Assembly (NCBI GenBank): GCA_963711215.1
Contig: CAVQDH010000002.1
Span: 982,134 to 1,046,133 of the forward strand
From: an uncultured Alphaproteobacteria bacterium
Lineage (GTDB): Bacteria > Pseudomonadota > Alphaproteobacteria > UBA8366
Length of the DNA stretch: 64,000 bases
Direction: 5' to 3'
Shown here one piece after another: positions 1-10,183 of the stretch. Under the pieces are notes generated by a model. The model had not been told where the DNA came from. It did no database searches and saw only the letters and a list, made by a program, of their open reading frames with translations. Position numbers and translations under genes: made by a program. Each line of letters begins with the position of its first letter. Position 1 is the first letter of the stretch.

Positions 1-360
1 GACCCATTCTTCGACCTGATAGCGGTGCCGGCCATAAGCGTGAAGGCCCGCCAGGTCGACGGGCGAGGCCTCATCGACCTCGACGGGATCGCGGAAGACA
101 TCGACCGTCGATAGCAAGACGAAGCGATCGGTCCGGACGGTCGCCAGGACATCCAGCAAGGCGCGGATGGCGTTCCAATCCGCTTCGGGATTCTTGTTCG
201 CCCACCATTTCGTGGCCTGAATGCCCGCGCACCAGACTTCATCGAAACGGCCACCGGCCAAATCCTGGAAGTTCTTGGAGTTGAAGGTCGCATCGAAGCG
301 GCCCTGGCGAAGCAGGTTGCCGCCGACGAACCCGGTATATCCGATCAGTGCGCGGGTCAT
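1..360 (-). CDS. NAD(P)-dependent sugar epimerase/reductase-family protein, N-terminal part (3' end lies beyond the window edge)
   Basis: The reverse complement opens with ATG at 360-358 and reads MTRALIGYTGFVGGNLLRQGRFDATFNSKNF...DRFVLLSTVDVFRDP. It has a glycine-rich nucleotide-binding start. It is open at the window edge, so it is absent from the ORF track. Confidence 0.6.
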   Translation of the reverse strand, partial: MTRALIGYTGFVGGNLLRQGRFDATFNSKNFQDLAGGRFDEVWCAGIQATKWWANKNPEADWNAIRALLDVLATVRTDRFVLLSTVDVFRDPVEVDEASPVDLAGLHAYGRHRYQVEEWV

Positions 361-627
361 GCCGCCTCATCTGCCATAACGTGTCCGTCATCGAAACGCA
401 TCGGCCCTTGCCGAACGCCGGCGGCGCGCAGTCGGCGCCAAAATTTCCGGCCGGGACACCGTCTACGTCTCTAGTAACGGGCCATCCTGCCGGTGTCGTT
501 AATCCTTATGGATTGGGCTGCATAACCCGAACGAGCGCGTTCTGAATGAATGTCGACCCCTTTTGCGCCGCCGCGATAAGGTCGCAAGGCATTGGATGCA
601 TGCGTGCATCGTGGGGATTTCTCCATA

Positions 628-1710
628 ATGATCAATGGCTTGCGAGTGGCGGTGGTCGGCGGCGGGTGGTACGGGTGTCACCTCGCGTCGGTGCTGATTC
701 GAGCGGATGCGCATGTCCGTGTGTTCGAGCGCGGCCACGACCTGTTCATGGGCGCGTCGGCGGTCAACCAGAATCGGCTGCACATGGGGTTCCACTACCC
801 GCGCTCTTACCATACCCGCAAGCAGATCATCGGCGGCCACGCGGAATTTCTGAAGACCTATCCCAGCCTCGTCAGCCGCATCCGGCGGAACATCTATGCC
901 GTGGCCGAGCAAAAGTCGTTGCTCGACTTCGATACCTACGCGCAGATCATGGCGGCGACCGGGTTGCCGTTCAAACACATCAAGCTCGACCGCACATCCG
1001 TTCGCCATATCGATGGCGCGCTGCTTTGCGATGAGCAGCTTCTTCACACCAATCAGGCGCGCGAATATTTCCGGGATCTCCTGGAGGGCCACCTGTATCT
1101 CGACACCGAGGTCCAGCGGATCGAGGACAACGGCAGCACCGTCCGCGTCAACGGCGAGACCTTTGACTACGTCCTGAACTGCACCTGGTGCACGGACCTG
1201 GTGAAAGACCGGATGGAGATGTATTTCGAGCCGACGATCATGCTTTTCTACGAGGGAAAGCAACGTGATTTCGCGCTCACGCTGATGGATGGCGATTTCT
1301 TTTCGATCTATCCGTTCGAAGGGAATCTGGTCACGCTCACCGCGGTGCGCCACACGCCGCTTGGTCAATATGCCCGCCATGACCAGGCGAAACAGCGAAT
1401 CGATCGCCTCGCGGCCTCGGAGATCGCTACGATCCGCGGGAATATGGAAAGCTTGGCGCGTTACTACTATCCGAAATTCGACGATATTTTCAGCTATGCC
1501 GGACATGCGGTGAGCATGAAGACGAAAATCGCGAGCAATACGGACGCGCGCGAATGCGTCGTCTTGACGAAGGGACAGAGGATGATCACCGTCTTCGCCG
1601 GCAAGATCGACACGGTTTTCACGGCCGAACGGAAGGTCATGCAGCTTCTCTCCGCGCAGAAGCGGGGCATGAGAACGGTTGCCGCTGGCGCGTCCGCCTT
1701 CGCGCCATGA
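628..1710 (+). CDS. FAD/NAD(P)-binding oxidoreductase, substrate unknown
   Basis: Lies in ORF 592..1710. The likely start is ATG 628, giving MINGLRVAVVGGGWYGCHLA, an N-terminal GxGxxG dinucleotide fold. It is divergent from the epimerase-like gene at 1-360. The frame is intact. Confidence 0.7.
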   Translation: MINGLRVAVVGGGWYGCHLASVLIRADAHVRVFERGHDLFMGASAVNQNRLHMGFHYPRSYHTRKQIIGGHAEFLKTYPSLVSRIRRNIYAVAEQKSLLDFDTYAQIMAATGLPFKHIKLDRTSVRHIDGALLCDEQLLHTNQAREYFRDLLEGHLYLDTEVQRIEDNGSTVRVNGETFDYVLNCTWCTDLVKDRMEMYFEPTIMLFYEGKQRDFALTLMDGDFFSIYPFEGNLVTLTAVRHTPLGQYARHDQAKQRIDRLAASEIATIRGNMESLARYYYPKFDDIFSYAGHAVSMKTKIASNTDARECVVLTKGQRMITVFAGKIDTVFTAERKVMQLLSAQKRGMRTVAAGASAFAP

Positions 1711-1774
1711 GCCGGATCGTTGAGGCAGAATAACCTTCATTTACAAATGGTTATAACAGATCAGGTGTAGCGCT

Positions 1775-3025
1775 TTGTCGAAGCCGCTTTCCGTTCTCAT
1801 CCTCCACAACGAGTATCTGCTGTCCGGGGGCGAGGATACGGGTTCTTCAGGCCGAGTCGGCTTTGCTCCGTGGCCATGGCGACCGTGTCCATGTCCACAT
1901 CGTGACCAGCAAATCGATCGACACGATTGCGCAAAAAATTGGCGGTGGCGTGGAATTTCACCTATTTCCAATTCGTCGAAGCAGGCGATCAAGACGCTGA
2001 TCGCCGGCGTGCGGCCGGACGTCGTGCATGTCCATAATTTCGTTCCTCTCCTGACGCCGTCGGTGTTTGACGCGTGCCGGGAATCGGGCGTTCCCGTGGT
2101 CCAGACGCTGCACAATTTCCGCCACCTCTGCTCCGGATCGGTGCTGCTGCGCGACGGCAAGATCTGCGAGGACTGCATCACCGGGACGCATTATCACGCG
2201 GCCTTGCACCGCTGCTATCAGCGCAAGTCCTTTTTCCAGTCGCTGGTCCACGCGCATATGCTGGAACAGCACCGCAGCCCGGGGGAACTGGGCGACCAAG
2301 GTGGACCCGTACCATCGCGGTTTCCGCCTTTACCCGCGAGAAGTACATCGAGGCCGGGTTTCCGCCAGACCGGGTGGTCGTGAAATATTAATTTTCTGCC
2401 GAACGACATGACGGCGGTGCCCGCCGATCTCGATGCGCGGTGGCGCCAGCCGCGGGCGCTGTTCGTCGGGCGCCTGGCGCGCGAAAAGGGGGCGCATACC
2501 CTGATCGAGGCGTGGCGGGACGCAGCGATCCCGCTCGACGTCATCGGCGCCGGGCCGCTGCTGGAGGAGGTTCGCGGCTCGGCCCCGGACAACGTTTCGG
2601 TTCTGGGCGTAAAGCCGCGCGCGGAGACCCTGGCCGCGATGCGTCACGCAACTTTCATGGTGATGCCGTCCGAATGGTATGAAACCTGCCCTATGGTCCT
2701 GGTAGAGGGCTTGGCGCATGGCCTGCCGATCATCGCCTCACGCCTCGGCGGCATGCGGGAGGTCGTCTCGGACGGCGAGACCGGGCTGTTGTTCGAGCCG
2801 GGCAATGCCGAGGATCTGGCCGGCAAGGTGCGCTGGCTGCTGGCGCACCCGGAGGCGGGGAAAGCCATGGCGCTCCGGGCGCGCGAGGTTTTTGAGCAGC
2901 GCTTCAGCGCCGAGCAGAATTACCGTGAGCTGCGGAAGAGATACGAAAACGTGATCGCGGAGCGTCAGGAGAGCGTTGTGCCGGCGGTCGAGTGGATGGA
3001 GCCTGCGCTCAGTGCGATGGGGTAA
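1775..3025 (+). pseudogene. GT-B (family 1/4) glycosyltransferase, multiply frameshifted
   Basis: Pieces in three frames join into one glycosyltransferase: LSVLILHNEYLLSGGEDT, shifted VLQAESALLRGHG, PDVVHVHNF, TIAVSAFTREKYIEAGFPPDRVVVKY, then ALFVGRLAREKG...MPSEWYETCPMVLVEGLAHGLPIIASRLGGMREVV..GETGLLFEPG. There are at least 5 frame changes. An extra T creates a TAA at 2389-2391. Confidence 0.75.
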
Positions 3026-3397
3026 CGGAATACCCATATCTTTCATGGGAATATTGCTAAGGGCCGTCTGGCCATAGAGATTTGGTCCGAGAGTCGCAAT
3101 GCCGATTGCTCTAATGCTTAGAATTGAATTGGAAAATCTCTCCTTTTGGTAGTATAAGCCTTTCCTTGTCTCGTCCCAGGGGCACACGGCCGGAAACTGC
3201 GGATTTGCGCCTGGGCCGCCCTCTACCAAAGGGCTAACAACTTATTTCTCTTATTCGCCGCAAGTCTCTTCTGTAGTGAGTAGTCATACTAAGGTCTGCT
3301 AAAGCGCTCGCTTATCGATAATATAGAAGGATTTAGTGAGCCAATCTGTTTCCGGCGCTTTCTCGAAGTCCAGGGATGGTAAATCCATATGGAACGC

Positions 3398-4159
3398 ATG
3401 AAAGTGGCCATTTTGCCGGGGGCGTCGGTACCCGACTTGCTGAAGAAACCGAGACCAAGCCAAAACCGATGGTCGAAATCGGTGGTATTCCGATACTCTG
3501 GCACATCATGATGCACTATCGCGTATTACGATCCAAGAGTTCTTCATCGCGCTAGGATACAAGGGCGAATATATCAAGAAATACATGGTGGATTACTGCT
3601 CGGCTGAAAAGTAATTTGACGATGGATTTCAAGAGCGGACCGTGCGGCACGAGAATGGGATGCGGTCGCCGACTGGAAGGTCGAACTGATCGACACTGGC
3701 ATGGACACGCTGACCGGCGGGCGGATCAAGCGCTTGGCGCCCTATCTCGGCGACGGCACCTTCATGCTGACCTGGGGCGACGGCGTCTCGAACGTCGATC
3801 TGGCCGAGCTGCTCGCTTTCCACATCGCACGGCAAGCTGGCGACCCTGACGGCGGTCCGCCCGCCGGCGCGGTTCGGGCATCTGGAATTTCGACGGGCGA
3901 CAAGGTCTGCGAGTTTACCGAAAAGCCGCAGACCGCCGAAGGATGGATCAACGGCGCCTTCTTCGTGCTCGAGCCGGGGGTCTTCGACTACATCGACGGC
4001 GACGAGACGCAGTGGGAGCACGAGCCGATGGAACGGCTGGCCCGCGACGGGCAGCTGATGGCCTACCGGCATGAGTGCTTCTGGCAGTGCATGGACACGC
4101 TGCGCGACAAGCGGCTTCTTGAAGACGCTTTGGAACACCGGCAAGCCGCCATGGCTTAA
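3398..4159 (+). pseudogene. rfbF: glucose-1-phosphate cytidylyltransferase, multiply frameshifted
   Basis: MKVAIL slips frame near 3415 into [35 protein letters not shown]. Later pieces DTLTGGRIKRLAPYLGDGTFMLTWGDGVSNVDLAELLAFH and EKPQTAEGWINGAFFVLEPGVFDYIDGDETQWEHEPMERLARDGQLMAYRHECFWQCMDTLRDK follow the RfbF order from end to end. Confidence 0.8.
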
Positions 4160-4175
4160 GGGGGCATGAATAACA

Positions 4176-5252
4176 ATGCGCGTTTTGGTGACAGGGAACC
4201 GTGGTTACATCGGCAACATCATGGTGCCGATGCTGCAGAACCGGGGACACGAGGTCGTCGGACTCGACAGCGATCTGTACGAGCGAAGCACGTTCGGCGA
4301 CAGCATTCCCGCCGGTCGACACGATCCGTAACGACATCCGGGACGTCAACGGTCGACATGTTCGGCGGCTATCGACGCGGTCATCCACCTGGCCGGCCTG
4401 TCGAACGACCCGCTTGGGCGATTTCAACCCGTCGCTGACCTACGACATCAACTATCTGGCGACGGTCCGTCTGGCGAGCTGGCGAAGCAAGCCGGCGTGC
4501 GGCGCTTCATCTTCTCGTCCTCCTGCAGCAACTACGGCGCGGCCGGCGACGACTTCCTCGACGAGACCGCGACGTTCAATCCGGTCACGCCTTACGGCAA
4601 GTCCAAGGTGCGATCGGAAGCCGGGCTCGCGCACGCTGGCGGACGACAGCTTCACGCCGGTCTTCATGCGGAGCGCGACCGCCTATGGCGTCTCGCCGCG
4701 GCTGCGCTTCGACCTCGTGCGTCAACAATCTGACCGCCTGGGCGTTCACCACCGGCAAGGTCTGCTCAAGAGTGACGGCACGCCGTGGCGCCCGATCGTC
4801 CATATCGAGCGACATCTCGCGGGCGTTCATGCCGTGCTCGAGGCGCCGCGCGAGGCGGTTCACGCAGGCGTTCAACGTCGGGCGGACCGACGAAAACTAT
4901 CCGCATCCGCGAGCTGGCGGAGATCGTGACGCAGGTCGTTCCGGGCTCGCAGCTCGAATTCGCGCCGGGCGCCGGGCCGGACAAGCGCTACTATCGCGTC
5001 AATTGCGAGAAGATCAGGCGTGTGCTGCCGGCCTTCGAGCCGCAGTGGACGGCGCAAAAGGGCGTCGAGGAGCTTTACAAGGCCTATTGCGACGTGGGCC
5101 TGACGCTCGAGGATTTCGAGGGACGCCGCTTCCATCGCCTGGCGCATCTCAAGTATCTCATCGAGGATCGGATCATCGCCGACGACCTTCGGCATCTGAA
5201 GCAGCACGCCGCGCCGTCGGAAGGCCTTGCCCAAGTGGCGGCAGGCGACTGA
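4176..5252 (+). pseudogene. NAD-dependent sugar-nucleotide epimerase/dehydratase, heavily frameshifted
   Basis: ATG 4176 gives MRVLVTGNRGYIGNIMVPMLQNRGHEVVGLDSDLY. Further fragments are scattered over three frames: VDTIRNDIRDV, FNPSLTYDINYLATVRLA, RRFIFSSSCSNYGAAGDDFLDETATFNPVTPYGKSKV, DDSFTPVFMRSATAYGVSPRLRFDLV, NNLTAWAFTTGKV, SDGTPWRPIVHIE, QAFNVGRTDENY, IRELAEIVTQVVPGSQLEFAPGAGPDKRYYRVNCEKI. I count roughly ten frame changes by eye. Confidence 0.75.
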
Positions 5253-5286
5253 TCCAACCTGGACGCAGAATTTGGAGTTTGAAGCG

Positions 5287-6519
5287 ATGAAAGGAAATCT
5301 TCACGCATGCCGTTCGTGTGGCAGCAAGAATTTCGAGGTCTTCCTCGACCTCGGATCGATGCCGCTCGCGGACCGCATGCTGATGCCGAAGCAGCTCGAC
5401 GAGGCGGAGCCTTATTTCCCGCTCGAGGTTGCCTTCTGCCATGACTGCACCCTCGTGCAGATTACCGAGACGGTTGCGCCGGAAATCCTGTTCGACGCCG
5501 ACTACCCTTACTTCTCGTCCTTCTCGGAGCATCTTCTCAAGCATTCGCGCCAGAACGCGCTGGAGCTGATCGAAGCGCGCAAGCTGGGGGCGGACTCGCT
5601 GGTGGCCGAGATTGCCAGCAACGACGGCTACCTGCTGAAGAACTTCGTCGAGGCGGGTATTCCGGTGCTGGGTATCGACCCGGCGAACGGTCCGGTCGAG
5701 GCGGCGCGCGCCGCCGGCGTCAACACGATGCATGCCTTCTTCGGGCTCGATCTGGCCAAGCGAGCTGCGCGCCGAGGGCAAGCAGGCCGACGTCATCATC
5801 GCCAACAACGTGCTGGCCCATGTCGCCGACACCAACGGCCTTGTCGCGGGCATGGCCACGCTGCTGAACGAGACGGGCGTGGTGGTCGATCGAGTGCCCC
5901 TACGTCAAGGCGCTGATCGATCACAACGAATTCGACACGATCTATCACGAGCATCTCTGCTACTTCTCGATGACCGCGCTCGACGCGCTGTTCCGCCGGC
6001 ACGGCCTCTACATCAACGACGTGCGCCAGCTGAGCATTCACGGCGGGTCGCTCCGCATCTACGCGGAGAAGAAGGAGGACGTGAAGGCAGTCCGTGTCGG
6101 ACATGCTCGCGGACGAGAGGGCGATCGGCCTCGACCGTTTCGACTATTACCGCGACTTCGCCGACCGCGTCCGCAAGACCTGCGCCGATCTGAAGTCCCT
6201 GGTGAGCGATCTCAAGGCCAAGGGACATCGCCTGGCCGGCTATGGCGCCGCGGCGAAGGGCACGACGCTGATCAACTTCGCGCATATCGGCACGGAGACG
6301 CTGGAGTACATCGTCGACCGGAATCACCATAAGCAGGGCCGCTACATGCCCGGCAAGCACATCCCGATCATGGCGCCGGAGAAGCTGCTGGCGGATCAGC
6401 CGGACTACGTCCTGCTGCTGCCGTGGAATTTCGCCGACGAGATCCTTGCCCAGCAGCAGGATTATCGCAGCAAGGGCGGCAAGTTCATCATTCCAATTCC
6501 GAAGCCGTCGATCGTCTAG
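5287..6519 (+). pseudogene. SAM-dependent C-methyltransferase-fold protein 1 (Zn-ribbon N-terminus plus C-methyltransferase C-terminal domain), frameshifted
   Basis: Starts MKGNLHACRSCGSKNFEVFLDLGSMPLAD...CHDCTLVQ (Cys4 ribbon). The SAM region is LVAEIASNDGYLLKNF. It then shifts to ELRAEGKQADVIIANNVLAHVAD, to ECPYVKALIDHNEFDTIYHEHLCYFS, and finally to [16 protein letters not shown]...[20 protein letters not shown]. There are at least 3 frame changes. Confidence 0.75.
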
Positions 6520-6589
6520 CGGACGGGTAAGCGGAAGGCGGCCGTCGGATATGGCGGCGGCAACAGATTGCAACGCGGGGGTTTTACGA

Positions 6590-7826
6590 ATGGAAGTGCA
6601 GCAGACGGACGATCATCGAGTCGCCGAAGGTCGCCGCCGAACGAGGCTGCCCGGCCTGCGGCGCTCCGCGCGTGCGGAGTTTCTACAAGGTGGCGAACGT
6701 GCCGGTGAACAGCTGCGTGCTGATGCGCTCGCCGGAGGAGGCGATCGCCTATCCGCGCGGCGAGATCGACATGTGCTTCTGCGGCCAGTGCGGCTTCATC
6801 TTCAACCGCGCCTTCGATCAGCAGCTGATCGAATATTCCGAGCGGTATGAGGAGACCCAGGGCTTCTCGGAGACCTTCAACGCCTTTCACAAGTCGCTCG
6901 CCGAGAAGCTGATCGACCGCTACGACCTGCACGGCAAGAAGATCATCGAGATCGGCTGCGGCAAGGGCGAGTTCCTGACCATGTTGTGCGAGCTGGGCAA
7001 GAACCAGGGCACCGGCTTCGACCCGTCCTATGTCGCGGACCGCAGCCGTGCGGCGAAGACCGAGCGCGCGACGTTCGTCACCGATTTCTACTCCGAGCGC
7101 TACGCCGACCGCGAGGCGGATTTCCTCTGCTGCAAGATGACGCTCGAGCATATTCCCGGCGGTCGAGGAGTTCATCTCGATGGTGCGCCGTGCCGCCGAG
7201 CGGCAACCCTGATGCGATGGTTTTCTTCCAGGTGCCGGAAGTGACGCTCATCCTCGAGCAGTTCGGCTTCTGGGACATGTATTACGAGCATTGCTCCTAT
7301 TTCACCCCGTCGTCGCTGCGCGACCTGTTCGAGCGCTGCGGCTTCGACGTCAAGGACGTCTGGATCGACTATGGCGACCAGTATCTGATGATTGAGGCGA
7401 CGCAGTCGCCGAAGGGTTCGGCGGCGCCGACGGTTGCCCGGGCAGAGGTTCAGGCGCTGGCCGCGAAAGTCGAGAAATTTGCCAGGGTCGTGTCCGGCGC
7501 AGCATGCCACGTGGAAGAAGCGGCTCGCCGAGTGGGCCGGGCAGGGCCAGAAGGTGGTGCTTTGGGGCAGCGGCTCGAAGGCGGTGTCCTTCCTGACCAC
7601 GCTCGGGATCACCGACGAGCTGCAGTATGTGGTGGACATCAATCCGCATCGCCAGGGCATGTTCATGCCGGGCACCGGCCATGCCATCGTCTCGCCGGAC
7701 TTCCTCGCCGAGTACAAGCCGGACCGGGTTATCATCATGAACCCGATCTACCGCGAGGAAATCACCAAGATGCTGAAAGAGCGCGGGGTCGAGCCCGTGA
7801 TCTCGACGGTCGTCGATCCGGCCTAG
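6590..7826 (+). pseudogene. SAM-dependent C-methyltransferase-fold protein 2, frameshifted
   Basis: CPACGAPRVRSFYKV...CFCGQCGFIFN (Cys4 ribbon), IIEIGCGKGEFL (SAM motif I), then shifted VFFQVPEVTLILEQFGFWDMYYEHCSYFTPSSLRDLFERCGF, then shifted KVVLWGSGSKAVSFLTTLGITDELQYVVDINPHRQGMFMPGTGHAIV. It has the same architecture as the genes on either side. The start is uncertain; ATG 6590 is in a shifted frame. Confidence 0.7.
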
Positions 7827-7845
7827 AGCGCAGCGCAGGATCGCC

Positions 7846-9004
7846 ATGGCCACCATCGAACATTGCCCGGTCTGTGCCGGCGACCGCTTTACGTCGGTCT
7901 GCCGCCTGCCGAGCGTGCCGATCTTCTGCAACCAGTATTGGCCCGCGTAAGCGGATGCCGCGCAGGCGTCGGACGGCGTCCTGGACATCGTGCAGTGCGA
8001 TGCCTGCAGCCACGTCTTCAAGGCCGCCTTCGACGCCGACCAAATCCGCTACGCGGTCGGTTATGAGAATTCGCTGCACTTCTCCCCGACCTTCGGCGGC
8101 TATGTCGAAGCGCTGGCGAACCGCCTGGTCGAGCGCTACGACCTGCACGGCAAGCGGATACTGGAGATCGGCTGCGGCGACGGCGGCTTTCTGAGCGCGC
8201 TTTGCGAGAAGGACGGCAGCGAGGGCTTCGACTTCGATCCCAGCCAGACCGACCGCCGCCTGGATGGCGCAAACGGCGCGCACATGACGATCAAGGGCGG
8301 CTACTACAACGCCGATACGCGGATCGCCGGTGTCGACATGATCTGCAGCCGCCACGTGCTGGAGCATCTCGAGGAGCCGGCGCCGCTGCTGTGGTCCCTG
8401 CGCGCCTGGCACGAGAGCCGGCCCGGCGCGGTCGCCTATTTCGAAGTGCCGAACGGCGATTTCTGTCTCAAGCCGCAGGGCATCCGGGATCTCATCTACG
8501 AGCACGTTTCCTACTTCACGCCGCAGTCGCTCGAATATCTGCTGCGGTCCTGCGGCTACCGAATGCTCGATATGGGCCTGGCCTTCGACGGGGGCAGTTC
8601 CTGTGGGCAGAGGTCTCCCTAGACGGCGCCGAGAGCGGCGGGCCCGTGCGCGCCGCGGGGCGTGGGGCCCGGGCCGGCGGTATCCGGGACGGGCATGCGA
8701 CCATGATCGATACCTGCCGGCGGCAGGTCGAGACCTACCCCACCCAGGGCCGCAAGATGGCGCTTTGGGGGGGGTCAAGGAAGGGGCGTTGACCGTCGAC
8801 ATCAATCCGCGCAAGCAGAATCAGCATGTCGCGCTTACCGGGCAGAAGGTCGTCGCGCCGGAAGCGCTCTGCGGCATCAAGCCCGGCGTGATTTTCGTGA
8901 TGAACGCGCTCCACGCCAAGAAGATCGCGGCCACGCTCGACCGCATCGGCGTCAAGGCCGAGCTCGTGTCCGTTCATGGGATGTTGGAAAGGGAGGCGGC
9001 CTAA
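7846..9004 (+). pseudogene. SAM-dependent C-methyltransferase-fold protein 3, with nonsense codon, frameshifts and an internal deletion
   Basis: ATG 7846 gives MATIEHCPVCAGDRFTS...FCNQYWPA, followed by an in-frame TAA at 7948-7950. The same frame continues through DIVQCDACSHVF...ILEIGCGDGGFL...EVPNGDFCLKPQGIRDLIYEHVSYFTPQSLEYLLRSCGY. Frame breaks sit at a G5 run (about 8590) and a G8 run (8766-8773). The tail is VDINPRKQNQHVALTGQKVV... Confidence 0.75.
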
Positions 9005-9034
9005 GCCGCCTTGCGCCCTAATTCGCTTCGCCTA

Positions 9035-9055
9035 AGGGCGCGCCCGAAGCGCCCT
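9035..9055. terminator. GC hairpin between convergent genes
   Basis: AGGGCGC (9035-9041), loop GCCCGAA, GCGCCCT (9049-9055). It is followed by ATTTATT on the plus strand and overlaps the stop codon of the minus-strand decarboxylase gene. The stem is short, so this is tentative. Confidence 0.3.
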
Positions 9056-10025
9056 ATTTATTCCGCCGCAGCAGCTCGTCGAAATAAGCGATCGTCTTCT
9101 TGAGACCATCCTGCAGCTGGATCACCGGCTTCCAGTCGAGGTGCTTATGCGCCTTGGAGATGTCGGGGCAGCGCTGCGTCGGGTCGTCCTGGGGCAGCGG
9201 GCGGAAGTCGATCTTCGAGCGCGAGCCGGTCATGTCGATGACCTTCTCCGCCAGCTCGAGGATCGTGAACTCGCCGGGATTGCCGAGGTTGATCGGCCCG
9301 GTGAGCGGATCGGGCGCGTCCATCAGCGCGATCAGGCCGCGGACCAGATCGTCGACATAGCAGAACGACCGGGTCTGGCTGCCGTCGCCGAACACGGTGA
9401 TCGGATTGCCCTGCAGCGCCTGCACGATGAAGTTCGACACCACGCGGCCGTCGTTCGGGTGCATGCGCGGGCCGTAGGTGTTGAAGATACGCGCCACGCG
9501 GATGTTGAGCTTGTGCTGGCGGTAGTAGTCGAAGAACAGCGTCTCGGCGCAGCGCTTGCCTTCGTCGTAGCATGCGCGCGGGCCGATCGTGTTGACGTTG
9601 CCGTGGTATTCCTCGGTCTGCGGGTGGACGTCGGGATCGCCATACACTTCGCTGGTCGAGGCCTGCAGGATCTTCGCCTTCACGCGCTTGGCGAGGCCCA
9701 GCATGTTGATCGCGCCGTGCACCGAGGTCTTGGTCGTCTGCACCGGGTCGAACTGGTAGTGAACCGGCGAGGCCGGGCAGGCGAGGTTATAAATCTCCTT
9801 GACCTCGACGTAGAGCGGGAAGGTCACGTCGTGGCGCATGACCTCGAAATAGGGATGGTCCAGCAGATGGACGATGTTGTCTTTTGCGCCGGTAAAGTAA
9901 TTGTCGACGCACAGAACGTCATGGCCGCGTTCCAGCAGCTGCTCGCAGAGATGCGATCCAAGAAAGCCGGCTCCGCCGGTGACCAATACACGCTTGCGCA
10001 CGAAACACTCTCCTGCCGATGGCAC
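9054..10025 (-). CDS. UDP-glucuronate decarboxylase (UDP-xylose synthase type SDR)
   Basis: Intact 323-aa ORF: [20 protein letters not shown]...[10 protein letters not shown]...[24 protein letters not shown]...STSEVYGDP...[15 protein letters not shown]...[10 protein letters not shown]. This matches the UXS/ArnA-decarboxylase family along its whole length. The GTG start at 10025 or an internal GTG near 10001 is possible. Confidence 0.85.
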   Translation of the reverse strand: MPSAGECFVRKRVLVTGGAGFLGSHLCEQLLERGHDVLCVDNYFTGAKDNIVHLLDHPYFEVMRHDVTFPLYVEVKEIYNLACPASPVHYQFDPVQTTKTSVHGAINMLGLAKRVKAKILQASTSEVYGDPDVHPQTEEYHGNVNTIGPRACYDEGKRCAETLFFDYYRQHKLNIRVARIFNTYGPRMHPNDGRVVSNFIVQALQGNPITVFGDGSQTRSFCYVDDLVRGLIALMDAPDPLTGPINLGNPGEFTILELAEKVIDMTGSRSKIDFRPLPQDDPTQRCPDISKAHKHLDWKPVIQLQDGLKKTIAYFDELLRRNK

Positions 10026-10183
10026 GAATGAAAAATTAATCCTTCGCCTAGTGCGGATGCGCGGGCCGGCGGCTTATGGTGCAACGCCGCGCCCCGGCGT
10101 ATCCGGAAAATCTCTGTGTCGTCCGATCCGGTGCGAGGCCAGACCTTGCTGCAACATGCTTAAGGAACAGTTAAGGAGAGCGG

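Noticed and set aside
1775-9004. Programmed ribosomal frameshifting or recoding as an explanation for the split genes
   Set aside because: There are too many frame changes per gene, in both directions, with no shared slippery heptamer or downstream structure. Stop codons are also present. This is decay or sequence error, not recoding.
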